In this document: piece after piece, positions 38,605-50,138 of the stretch
Layout: each line of letters starts with the position of its first letter
Position numbering within the stretch: the stretch's first letter is position 1
Source: Vicugna vicugna
Lineage: Eukaryota
Assembly: GCA_013265495.1 (NCBI GenBank)
Contig: MU058337.1
Coordinates: forward strand, 1,170,777-1,234,776
Direction of reading: 5' to 3'
DNA length: 64,000 nucleotides
Position numbers and translations under genes: made by a program
The notes under the pieces: generated by a model
The model's input: the letters and a program-made list of their open reading frames with translations, nothing else
What the model was told of the DNA's origin: nothing
Databases searched by the model: none

Positions 38605-39103
38605 TGTAATAGGGAAGAACAAATCCGACTCCATCCTGTCTCTGTTTCTTTTACTGTACCACTTATATACTGTTGCTTTGCTAAAAGTTAAGAATGTTGC
38701 CTATAGCCTGAAATATACAGGATAGCCGTTCTCAAGTCTCTGCCCTTTAAAGGTATAACATTTTCCCATTCATATAGAGATAAAAAGTTGCAGAGCTGAG
38801 AATAACATTTGTCTTGTTGGAGGTTTACAGGAACACTATGACAGAACCTACCTAGTGCACAGCTGCAAAGACAAAGGATTCCAGCACGGAGAAGTTTGCA
38901 GCAGCCAACCACACCCCTTCCCTTACCACTATAAAAGAAGCCTGAACTCTGACTTGGGGAAGATGGTTCTTCAGGACACTAGTCCGCCATCCTGTTGGTC
39001 TGCTAGCTTTCCAAATAAAGTCGCTATTCCTTGTCCCAAGAACTCATCTCTCAATTTACTAGCCTGTCATGTGGTGAGCAGCAGGAGCTTGGACTCAGTA
39101 ACA
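38605..39103 (+). mobile_element. MER41-like ERV1 solo LTR with 4-bp TSD (TTTG)
   Basis: TGTAAT...GTAACA termini with TTTG on both sides (38601-38604, 39104-39107); TATAAAA at 38930-38936; AATAAA at 39014-39019; 3' end AATAAAGTCGCTATTCCTTG...GAGCTTGGACTCAGTAACA as in MER41-family LTRs. Confidence 0.85.
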
Positions 39104-39372
39104 TTTGCAGTAGGAATACACCTCTTACATTCATGTTCCAAGTCCTACGTTTGAACTGCCTAAACCACCAGGTACCATCTCCCACCACATTTCTCTAGTT
39201 GAACTCACTGGGTTAATTCTTTACATTTCAAACACACAGTCTGCTTTGTCCTTTTCTCTTTAGCCTTTGAAATTCAAACAGCTCTACTTGGCAACAATGA
39301 CAGGGTAAAGCCAGAAGCCAGTCTAGGCCCTGAAGCTGGGAGTCAGTAATATTTGTAAGAAATCATCTAAGT

Positions 39373-39525
39373 CAGAGCTTCTTAAGCGTGAGTGTGCAGC
39401 AACAAATCACCTAGGTATCTTGTTTAAGTGCAGATTCACAGGTCTGGGTGGGGTCCAAGCCTAGCAAGTTCCCACCCAGGTGATGCCAGTGCTGCTGGAC
39501 CACAGTTGGGGGGAAAAAAGGAGCT
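39373..39525. mobile_element. MER5-family MITE
   Basis: AATCACCTAGGTATCTTGTTTAAGTGCAGATTC...GGTCTGGGTGGGGTCCAAG...CCCAGGTGATGCCAGTGCTGCTGGACCACA. Confidence 0.75.
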
Positions 39526-39789
39526 AGACGACCCATCTGGAATGTGCTTATTTTAGATTTTTTATATCATGATATAAATATTTTTAAAATCTTTTAATAA
39601 GTTTATGGAGCTCCCATATCCACCCCAAGGAATACATCAGTCTGAGTAACACTTGCACTTGTGGAATGGGTAAAGGATGCTGTGTTAGCAAACAACACTG
39701 GAGTATCAGTGCTTAATACATAAAAACGTATTTCTTTTATGTGCCGAGACAACTGCCTATGAAGTAAAGTGCATTCATTGGTTTCTCTC

Positions 39790-39970
39790 CAACAGCAGCT
39801 CCTCAAGCTCAGGGGTCCAGGTTTTGCCTTTCATTATGGGGCCCCCTGCAACCCTCACAACCTGTTTATTTTCTAGAACTGGTCACATGGTCTTGCATAA
39901 CTGCAAGAAGGCTGGGAAGTTAAGGGGAGCTCACGGATATTCAGGGAGCAGTAAATATCTCTGCCAAAAT
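39790..39970 (-). mobile_element. Old MLT1 (MaLR) LTR fragment
   Basis: CTAGAACTGGTCACATGG...TAACTGCAAGAAGGCTGGGAAG...GGAGCAGTAAATATCTCTGCCA. Confidence 0.5.
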
Positions 39971-40879
39971 ATGACCTTGTAATAATGGCGCTCTCAATTA
40001 CCTGCATTCAAACCATCTTACATGAGAGAGGGTAAGCAGAAGTTACAGGGAGCCGTCACACAACTGGGCTTGCTCACGGTCAGCTCACGCATAGCTCAGC
40101 TGCAGTAAAAAGCTTCACTACTCTGCAAACAGTGCCAACGCTCTTATCTGATAGAACTAACGTTAATATCAATTTATTACATTATCTTCCAATTTTAAAC
40201 TACAGATACTTTAAGAAGACGAAGGGGTTTAAAATGTCCATTCAGAGGACATTCCCTTCTGCACTGCACCTGGGTTAGATTAATTCTATAAATAGATCAC
40301 TCCCTCTAACAAAAGCAAAGGTAAACAAAGCCATTATTCATATGAAAGTGGCAATACTGTATTTATATTAAAAATAATATGTTAAATTGTGTAGATTCTA
40401 TCACATATCTTTAAGTAAGAATTTGTATAGCTATTGTTTAATAGTACATACTTGAGTTTAAAAAATTTATATAAACATGTTATTGAGATCTGGAAAAAGC
40501 TCAAAATTATGTTTTAGATATTTTTTACTACAAAATATAAGCACAAAAAAGCACATAAAGCATAAATGGATATCTTAGAATTAGTTTTTACATAAAATAA
40601 TTTTGAGAAAAATTTATATTTGATTCAAAGACAGGCCCACGTTTATTAGGAAACATGAGCTGTGATAAAGACACAACATTACGAATCAGTAGACATACGA
40701 TGGACCCCTCAAAACCACACTGCGGTCACTAACCACACAAACACTAAGGATGAAACTAGGTCTTCATCTCAACCACCTGTGCACGCACACATCACACACT
40801 TTCATTTGGATTAAGACTTTTAAGACAAAATACACTAAAAAATGGAAGAAAGTTATAGGATATATGCCACTGCTGCTGA

Positions 40880-42030
40880 GCAACTTTTTGTAAGTAAATC
40901 TCATTCACACACAAAATGAAACACTACTGATAAAGTCAGCCCAATTAAAATTAAAATTTCAAACAAACTACTGTCAATAAATAACATGAATAAAGTAAAA
41001 ATAAACTGCAGACTAGAAGAGAATATTTGTAATCTATATAACACACATCATCTATTGAGATGAAAATGTAGGATATATTGCAAGTTAATGAAACAAACAA
41101 AAAGCCCAACAAAAGAGTCCGTAAAAATTGTGACTATTCTGCCATGCAGAGAAAAGAAGATGAGAATTGCCAATAAACATATGAATATATTCTTGCAACA
41201 TTGTTAGGAATCAGGGAAAGGCCAAGTAAAGCTGATGATGAAATTCTATCTCAATTCATCAGGCTGGAGAAAGCTATTAATCGTTCTGCATGTGACAGTG
41301 AGGAGGGACGGGCTCATAATTCTGCTATTGGGTGATTTGATACCATCGCCTGGAGAGCAATGTTACCTGGAGAGCCAGAGGTGTGTTCCCTAAATGTAGG
41401 GGTTCCTCTGGATTGCAGACTTTCTCTACTCTAGACTAGAAATGTCCACTGCACATGCACGAGGCCATTCAAAAGGATTTCTGTTGCAGCAGTATTTGTA
41501 GCAGTGAAATAATGAGAGAATTGGAACAAAGTTACTATCCCTCACTAGGGGAATATATAAATAAACGCGTTTATTCAGATCTTGGAATCCCAAACGCGTT
41601 TATTCAGATCTTGGAATCCCAAAAGATGACTGATTAAATGAACTGTATCAACATGTACCAACATACACTGACGACAAAAATTAGGGTGTAAAAGGCCAAA
41701 TATAGTGTGATACGATTTAAGTAACAATTTAAGCAAAATAATAATATAAATTTCTCTTAATATAAACATAACAGGAGTACAAACATGCACAATAATGACA
41801 CACAAAACCTCAGCCTCTAGAGAGGAAGAGCTGAGTATGGAAGAAAGCCCAGTTTCAGCTGTGTCTCTTTTTTTTTTTCCTCTTTAAAACAAAGAAGAGC
41901 ACTCTGAAGCCAGTGTAACAAAACGTTAACATCTGTTAAATCTGGGTGGTCGATACATGGATCTCTTGTTATATTATTTTCATTCCTTTCTGGTATGTTT
42001 GACTTATCTCCTATAAAAATTTTTAAAATC
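40880..42030 (+). mobile_element. Old L1 (L1ME-type) ORF2 end and 3' UTR
   Basis: AGACTAGAAGAGAATATTTGTAAT...GCCAATAAACATATGAA...TCAGGGAAA...GCAGCAGTATTTGTAGCAGTGAAA...AACGTTAACATCTGTTAAATCTGGGTGGT. Confidence 0.7.
41563..41623. repeat. Perfect 29-bp tandem duplication
   Basis: AAACGCGTTTATTCAGATCTTGGAATCCC at 41563-41591 and 41592-41620, followed by AAA. Confidence 0.97.
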
Positions 42031-42832
42031 AAAATTGCCAATTTATTTATTTTTCCCAGTTAAATGACTTTTTTTATATCTTCAAATGGATGATTTCATT
42101 ATTTTCATGCTTTTAAAACACTTTAACGACTATCACACCAAAAAATTGAGGCAGTATTTGCTTTATTCCTGCATACAATTGTAGGGAGGGAGGGCGACTG
42201 TTTGGCGATGTCCATGTGAGTGTGTTGCTTTCATGAAAGTCACAGCACAGGAAAGACTGAGAACTTTTGGCACAGAACAATAACTCTGACAAGAGGCTCC
42301 AGTTTGGAAAGAAATAGAGACAGGAAGCAAAAACACCAGTTGCAATAGACCGAGCGAAGTTGCAGAGTTCTAGCAGGGGAACGCAAAATTGAAGACAAAA
42401 AAAGAAAAACAATTTTAATGGCAAGTTCAACAAGATTCGACAAATCAATGTAGAAGGAAGTGTGCAACATCACTCTGAGATTTTCTCTGCAAGGAGGTGA
42501 CATTAAGATACAGGACATACAGCCTTGCAAATAGAGAAGATGGTGGGTCCTGTTCGGGACATGCTAGATTTCTTGTGACTTATTTGAAAGCACAACATGA
42601 CTTTCTAATGTGACTAAATGTCACCAGAATGACCTGGAATTTAGGTTGTTAGTGGGTCACGAAAACGCTGCCTCCCGTAGGGAGCTGGAGATGCCAGTTC
42701 ACAAGCACGAGGAGGTTGGCAATAGTTGGGGGTCGGGAGGGGGGAGCTTGAGCCTCTTTTGCTTGATTTCCACTCCCTTCTACCCATCTGCTTCCCTCTT
42801 AGCCCGGGCTCCTTCCTCCCCAATATTGCTGA

Positions 42833-42848
42833 ATATATATATATATAT
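42833..42848. repeat. (AT)8 microsatellite
   Basis: Directly visible in the sequence. Confidence 0.9.
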
Positions 42849-43419
42849 TTCATAAGAATGCAAATGTCATTATCACATTTTAATAAAAAGTGAATCAGGC
42901 TGTATTCCTTACTTTAAAATACACTCTACACTTTAAAATGACATTTCTATGGTTTGTTTTGCTTGCTTGGGGGTCTTAGTTGATCTCTTTTCTGGGGTTC
43001 ATAGACTGAACCCAAACTTTACTGTTTCTCTGCCATCACCACCAGCAAAATGTGCTCACCCCTGAGTCTGAAGCATCAGCCTACACAGCCCAGCCAGCTT
43101 TAACTGCACCCTCCCCACCCCCAAGCACCCATATTCCCCAAGAGAAATTCTCTGAGCCTGGTTTGGGATGCACTCCAATCTGCAGAATTTCAGTAGCTTC
43201 ATGGCAGCTTGAAGCTTTTGTCAGGAATGTTCAGAACAGCCCTATAAATCTCCTTCACATCATGCATGCTAAAACGGAGGGAATTATTTTTTATTTCTTC
43301 TGTCATTCCAGCTTGAAGTTTCCCCTACCTTACATATGAATCTTAAAGACAGGAATACGGAAACAAGAAAAGAGAATAGGAATTCAGGAGGGTTTACTGT
43401 TTTACATGGAGTTTATCTG

Positions 43420-44070
43420 CGAAGAACTCCCGTAGAGCTGAGCAAAGATCTGGGATGTAAGAGAGTTTACACACACCTAATTAGGAGATGAGAGTTCCAA
43501 GCAGAAGGTACAGCATGTGCCAAGGCCCTGAGGTAGGGCTTCCTGGGGGTTAGAGGTACAGCAGTGAGGAAGAAGCATCTAGAAATAGATTTAAGGTCAG
43601 GGAGAATCTTGTTCAACATGCTATTAGAGGGGAGTGTAGACCTACAGAGGCATTAAGACCGGAAGATAGACTTTTCTTACTCAGAGTGAAATGGGAAGAC
43701 ACTGAAGGATTTGGACTAGAGTGGCACAAGGTCGTCTGCTGTGTTGTAAACACACTGTAGGGACGATGACAGAAGCAGGAGACCTACCCGAAAGTCTTTG
43801 AAGCAATGCCCCCAAGAGATGATAGTAAATTAGCCTTGAAATTTGAGATGGAGGAGCAGAGTTTTGAAGGTAGGTTCAGATTTTACTGATGGATTGAATG
43901 CAGACTGTAGATGAAAGAAAAAAATTAAAGATGAATCCAAGGTTCCTGTGACCTGAGCAGCCCAGAGGATGATGAATTTGCCTTTTGCTGTGATGTGGAA
44001 GAAAGCAGGGGCAGCGGGCTGGAAGACAGTCAGGTCCTTACATTCAAGATCAGTCACCCAAGTGAACGTG
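43420..44070 (-). mobile_element. L2 remnant
   Basis: GTTCCAAGCAGAAGGTACAGCATGTGCCAAGGCCCTGAGGT...GAGTGAAATGGGAAGACACTGAAGGATTT...TTAAAGATGAATCCAAGGTT...CCTGAGCAGC. Confidence 0.8.
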
Positions 44071-45299
44071 TGAGTGACTGTTCATCCAGCTCTGGTGCTC
44101 GGGGAGGACTTGTCGAGGGTGAGTTACACGGTGCAGAGCCCGGCCACGCAGGTCTGCAGCAGGTTGGTGGGGCGGCCCCTGGTACTGTCTGTCTCCTGTG
44201 TGGCTGGAAGTAAAGAATGTCCTTCTCAACCTTTCCAGCTGTTGTTCAGAAACTCTCTTGCTCTCCCGTGATTATCTCCTGGACACGAAGTCCACGTGCA
44301 CCTGCATGCATGTTTGTATACACACACACACACAAATAAGCACACAACACACACATCCCTCCCTGGGAAGGTCATTTTCCAAAGACAGTACGGCCCAACT
44401 CCATTTGTAAGAAAAATAACATTCCTTTAAGTACAGAAGGTGAGAGCCGCCATGCCAGTCAATGTATATTTTAGGAAAGAGAACACTTACATTAATGGTG
44501 TAAAAGCAAGTTTCCGCAGCAATTCTGGGTAGACCCGTTTCATACCTGTTAGATGCCAAAGCTCACAAAGCATCTCCTCCCAGAGTAAAGGGCGAGTACC
44601 TCCAACCCAAATTCTGGCTCACACCTCAGAATGCAGAAAGCGTTCACTCTTACACCCACTAAGAAGTCAGTGTTCTGCTTTAACCAATTGCAAGCTTTAT
44701 TCTGCATGAAGCACTCTATTTACAATTGTGAAAAAAAACTCTTAAAAATCGCAATTATTTTATTCAGTAAAATAATTTAAAGCTGATACTAGCTGAGTCT
44801 CAAAATAGGAGGCGGAGAATGTGTTTGGACACTGAAAGAGAGCTATCCTGGGATTCAAACACGGAGGTGGACTTGAAGTGTATTATTCCAAACGTCGTCT
44901 GTAAGAGAGACTTAAAGAGAGTTTCAGACTTAAGGATCCGCCTCCTTGAAATTCTCTTCACCTTCTCACTGTTGGTCATGACTGGGTGGTTCTTCATGGG
45001 GCCTCCCGCTTCCCTATTTCTTCTGCTTTCTTTCTTTTGGAGATCGGATAAGGTCAGGCCTGCACGCCGCTCCACTCCTCATGGTACTTCCTCTCAGCCC
45101 TGATTTCTTAATCACTTTTCTAATGCTACTTCTAACTCCTCCCTTTCTCTTTCTTTCTTTCTTTCTTTTTTTGCTATTTCTGATGAAAAGTCTTCCATTT
45201 TCCTCATGTGGATGGGAGAGATTTAAAAGTACTAAAAGGACAACTTCTTAATACTATTATCAAGCTAAGGCTGTCAGAGCTGTGTCCACGTTCCTTCTG

Positions 45300-45830
45300 T
45301 TTTTCAATAGAGCACTGACTTCCTGTCAGCCATTGCTGTGTGAAGATATATAAGGAATGGTCACTTCCTTGAAACGGTTCTGAACCCAGTGGTGGAGAGA
45401 AACATGTATAGGTAAACGAATATACCTTTGTCTACAATATTTTGATATTTAGAGAAAAATTGAATACAGCTTTCAGAGAAAGTCTACAGTCAGACGAAAT
45501 GTCTGTGCTGAGATTTCCCAGGTAAGTAGGCAACTCTAGAGGGGAAAGTTCATCAAGGCAGAGGGAAGGGCCAAAGCACAGGCAGGAGTGTGACCCAACA
45601 TGACCTTCTGGGGAAGTTCAGTGACCTGGAAGGGGCTGAAATAGAGGAGACTGGGAAGGAAGAGGCAGATGAAACTGGCCTCCTATCCAGATGGTGAAAA
45701 CCTTTGCAGGCTCATTTAAGTGCCGGAGTTTTTCAAACTAACAAAGGGGGCCCATGAAGAATTCTTAAATTAGCAGGTATTACAAGGGTCATTCTGGATG
45801 GGTGTGGGAAGAGAAGGGGCTGTCAGGGGG
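45300..45830 (-). mobile_element. L2 3' remnant
   Basis: AATAGAGCACTGACTTCCTGTCAG...CATCAAGGCAGAGGGAAGGGCCAAAGCACAGG...GGTCATTCTGG. Confidence 0.55.
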
Positions 45831-46035
45831 TGACACTGTTCCTGGCCATACCAGATGTCCAGCAAAGCTTTCCAACCCTTTCTTCAGGCCATAGAGCTCT
45901 GAAAGTTGACCCTGGTTTTTTTTTTTATTCTATTATCTCCTCAGTGATATAGTTTTCAGAGAACTACCTATTACTAAAATAAGACAAAATAAAATGAAAC
46001 CCACATTCTATTCTATTTAAATATACTTTGACTCT

Positions 46036-47612
46036 GAATAGCCAAAACAATCTTGAGAAAGAAGAAGAGAGCTGGAAGAATCAGGTTCCCTAAATTCAGA
46101 CTATACTACAAAGCTACAGTAATCAAAACAGTATGGTACTGGCACAAAAAACAGACACACAGATCAATGGAACAGGACAGAAAGTCCAGAAATGAACCCA
46201 CCTGCTTATGGTCAATTAATCTATGACAAAGGAAGCAAGACTATACCATGGAGAAAAGACAATCTCTTCAATAAGTAGTGCTGGAAAAACTGGACAGCTA
46301 TGTGTAAAAAAATGAAAGTAGAACATTCTCTAACACCATATACAAAAAAAAATGGATTAAAGACCTAAATTTAAGACCAGATACTATAAAACTAGAGGAA
46401 AACATAGGCAGAAAACTCTTTGACATAAATCACAGCAATAGTTTTTTTTTGGATCCATCTTCCAGACTAATGGAAATAAAAACAAAAATAAACAAATGGG
46501 GCCTAATTAAACTTAAAAGCTTTTGCATAGCAAAGGAAATTATAAACAAAATGTAAAGACAACATATGTAATGGGAGAAAGTATTTGCAAATGATGCAAC
46601 CAACCAGGGCTTAATTTCCAAAATATACAAGCAGCTCACACAGCTCAATATCAAAAAAAAAAAAATGGGGAGAAGATCTAGGTAGACATTTCTCCAAAGA
46701 AGATATACAGATGGCCAACAGGTACATAAAAAGATGCTCAACTTCACTAATTATTTGAGAAATGCAAATCAAAACTACAGTGAGATATCACTTCACTCTG
46801 GTCAGAATGGCCATCATCAAAAAGTCTACAAATAATAAATGCTGGAGAGGGTGGGGAGAAAAAGGAACCCTCCTACACTGTTGGTGGGAATGCAAATTGG
46901 TGCAGCCACTATGAAGAACAATATGGAGATTCCTTAAAGAACTAAAAATAGAGTTACTGTATGATCCAGCAATCCCAATCCTGGGCATATATCCAGAGAA
47001 TAATTTGAAAAGATACGTGCACTCCAGTAGCATAGCAGAACTTTTTTACAATAGCCAAGATATGGAAGCAACCTAAATGCCCATTGACAAATGACTGGGC
47101 AAGGAAGTTGTGGTATATATATACAATGGAATACTACTCAGCCATAAAAGGAATTAAAAAAATGTCATTTGCCACAACATGGATAGATGGACCTAGAGAT
47201 TATCATACTAAGTGAAGTAAGTCAGTCAGAGAAAGACAAATATCAAATGATACAAATAGCACTTAAATGTGGAATCTAAAAAAAAGATACGAAACAAACT
47301 TATTTATAAAACGGAAAGATACATACAAAGAAAACAAACTCAAGTTTAGGGGGAGAAGGCAGGTAGAGAGATAAACTGGGAGTTTGGGATTGGCAGACAC
47401 AAACTACTATGTACAGAATACATATACAACAAAGTCCTACTGTGTAGCACAGGGAATTATATTCAATGAATTATGGCAACTCATAATGAAAAAATATGAA
47501 AAAGAATACATATGTATATATGTGTGTGTATAGCTGAATCCCTATGCTATACACCAGAAACCAATACAACATTGTAAATCAACTATACTTTAATTTAAAA
47601 ATGGGAAAAAAA
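46036..47612 (+). mobile_element. 5'-truncated L1: degraded ORF2 C-terminus, 3' UTR and A-rich tail
   Basis: Translates to [37 protein letters not shown]... and the Cys-rich motif [18 protein letters not shown], with frameshifts and stops; the 3' UTR resembles 2652-2941. Confidence 0.96.
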
Positions 47613-47884
47613 CATATCCTTTGGAAATGAATTGATAACAATTGGCATATAAGTTGTCAATATCTTGATGAGATTTAATTTTGTGTCAACTGATTTTACA
47701 CAAGATTTTAGTGTCAACTGGGGACACATGCCAGTTTTGTGTTTGGTTCTGGGTTTTCCCTCTTTCTTGTGAGGCTAGAAAATGTTTGGCCTGAGAGATT
47801 CTCACATCACCATAACCGAGGTCAATGGAAAGCATTTTCTGGAGGCAACATGAGTTGGAGAAAAGAGGGAAGGAGAAAAGGAGT

Positions 47885-48296
47885 GCGTTTGTCAGATTTC
47901 TCCAGGGAAACTGAATAGGCTATGCATCTGCACAGAGAGAGACTTATTTTAAGGAACTGGCTCACAGGACAGTGAGGGCTGCTGTGTCCAAATTCTGCAG
48001 GATTGCCTGCAGGCTGGAGACCCAGGATGATCCAATGTTGCAGTCCAATCCAAAGTCCATCAGGCTGGAGAACTTCCCTCTGGCTCAGGAAAGGCCAGTC
48101 TTCCGTTCATTCAGGCCTTCAGCTGATTGGATGAGGCCCACCCACACGATGGAGAATGATTTGCTCGACTCAGAGTCCGCTGTCTGAAAAGCTAATCTCA
48201 TCGAAAGACACCCTGACAGAAGCATCAAGAACAAGGTTTGTTTATACAGCCGGGCACAGTGACCAGCCAAGCTGACACATAAAACTACCCATCATG
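47885..48296 (-). mobile_element. MLT2-type ERVL solo LTR
   Basis: The reverse strand starts ATGATGGGTAGTTTTATGTGTCAGCTTGGCTGG; internal TTCAGGCCTTCAGCTGATTGGATGAGGCCCACCCACA and TTATTTTAAGGAACTGGCTCACA. Confidence 0.88.
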
Positions 48297-50123
48297 AAGA
48301 TGAATGTGAAAGACAGAGAAGAGGGGCGAACATGTCTGTGAATCTGTGTCCCATTGTATCCAGCCTGGCAATGCTGGAGACACACACAAAGCAGGGTTGA
48401 TATACGTGAACAGAGGTTATGCATCAATAAAGCATAATATTATTTTAGTCTTTGAGTTTGCTTGAAGGTTGAGCTGTAAGTAAACTCTCTTCCCACCTGA
48501 CTCTTAGACGTAGTAGAAATCAGCTCCTGCTAGACTGACCTCCCACAGCACGTGGAAAAGTACTTTTATGGTGGCTTTTCAGCTCACACACACATTCTGT
48601 GCCATGTCTATGAAGAACGAAATATTTGTGCTATCTTAACGGGTCATGAAAATTGCTACGGGAAGGATTCAGCTATGCTATCCAGTCAGGCCTCGCTCCA
48701 GTACCCTGTCACGTACTGGCATGGCCCATGCGGCTTTAAAACACATTTGAAACTATATTTAGAGCTTCTCAGAATATAAAAATTTGGTCATACATTCCTT
48801 TATTTTTATGCTCAAGTTTCCACTGCATCCCTTCTCTTACTTTCCGCTTCAAGAAGTGCCTCCTGCCAGGAGTCTGTCGTACCCAGAGCTTCCCGCCCGC
48901 ACCCTCCGAGGCAGTGAGGGATCGCCCACTTAAAATCCACCTTCAGCTGCTCTCCTCTCTCCACATCAGACTGGCTGCCTCATGAGAGCGCACGTCCCTA
49001 CAGCGAGGAGGAACGTCCAGCCCCAGTGCGGGGATCCTGACACTGCCCGGACCTCCTGGAATCAAGGCGATGACTAAAGATGACGCTGATACCCACACTT
49101 CCACAGCCAAGCGGGCCGTCTGGAAATACTTCCAAAGAAAATTGGGAAAGCTTCCTCTACCCAGGCTGACACTTTACTAGGATGGGATGGCTTAAAGCAG
49201 CACATGTGGGAGGTAAAAGAGTCTCTGGGAAACAGGAAGTTATTTAAGATAAGCAGTCAAAGGAGGGCACTTCCCGTAGGTCCCATGTGCCCGTCAACGT
49301 GATGAGGATGCCGTTCAGTCTTCGGAAAGATCAACAGTCCAGTGTCCCGTAACTCGCTTCATTTTTTTTTTTTTGACTCAGGAGCAGAGTTCATCTTCCT
49401 TGATTCAAGACCGTGTGATGGCCACCTAGCAGGAAACGTGAAGGTGAAACTGCCTCAAGAGGTGTACGCAGTGGACTAAGGAACAGGGGCCCGTGAGAAC
49501 ACAGCTGAGTCTTAGATGAGGAATGAGCCAAACTCAGTTACTTAAAAAGCATCTTCACGAGCTGACGAGAAAGGGCATTCTGCCAATTTCTACTTGAGAC
49601 TTCAGAGAAAAATGATCTTTCTTATTCAATAGGATCATTTTCAAGATTTCTTAACTCTGAGGAAACGTTTCTGAAAGATCAAAAAAAGGAGACATTTTCA
49701 AAATATATAAAAGGTGAGTTGATAGCTGAACTGTTCTTAGTCTCTCCTTTTTTCTGGAAAGCAGGGCTAAGCATGTGAATATGAATGAGTATATCTATCT
49801 TTGGGGAAAAAACGCTATCAAAATCATGGAATTTTAATTTAAAAATTTTTTAATCAAAAAACTTTAATTTATAGTCATAAATTGTCTTGGTTTTCCTGTC
49901 TTTGATGTCTTCTCATATTTAAGCTTGACTTCTTTAAGTGGAATTATGTGTATATCACTGAGATTGAGAACATTTTTGATAAATTCACAAACATCAGATA
50001 AGATCATTAAAACTCATGACCTCTGACCCCACGATGGAACCAGTATCAAACGACTGTCAGGTAAAGACGTTTAGGAAATGAGCGCCCGTGAATGATAACC
50101 TGCCTGCAGATACATGTGCAGGG

Positions 50124-50138
50124 CCCCCCCCCCCCCCC
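50124..50138. repeat. Poly-C run (15 nt)
   Basis: Directly visible in the sequence. Confidence 0.9.

Noticed and set aside
42113..42530. Three overlapping open frames on the minus strand
   Set aside because: Short, non-ATG starts, T-rich compositional bias and no recognisable product.
46430..47033. Minus-strand ORFs of 105 and 81 aa (also 2492-2905 and 6696-6893)
   Set aside because: Antisense frames of L1 sequence, a common source of spurious hypothetical proteins.
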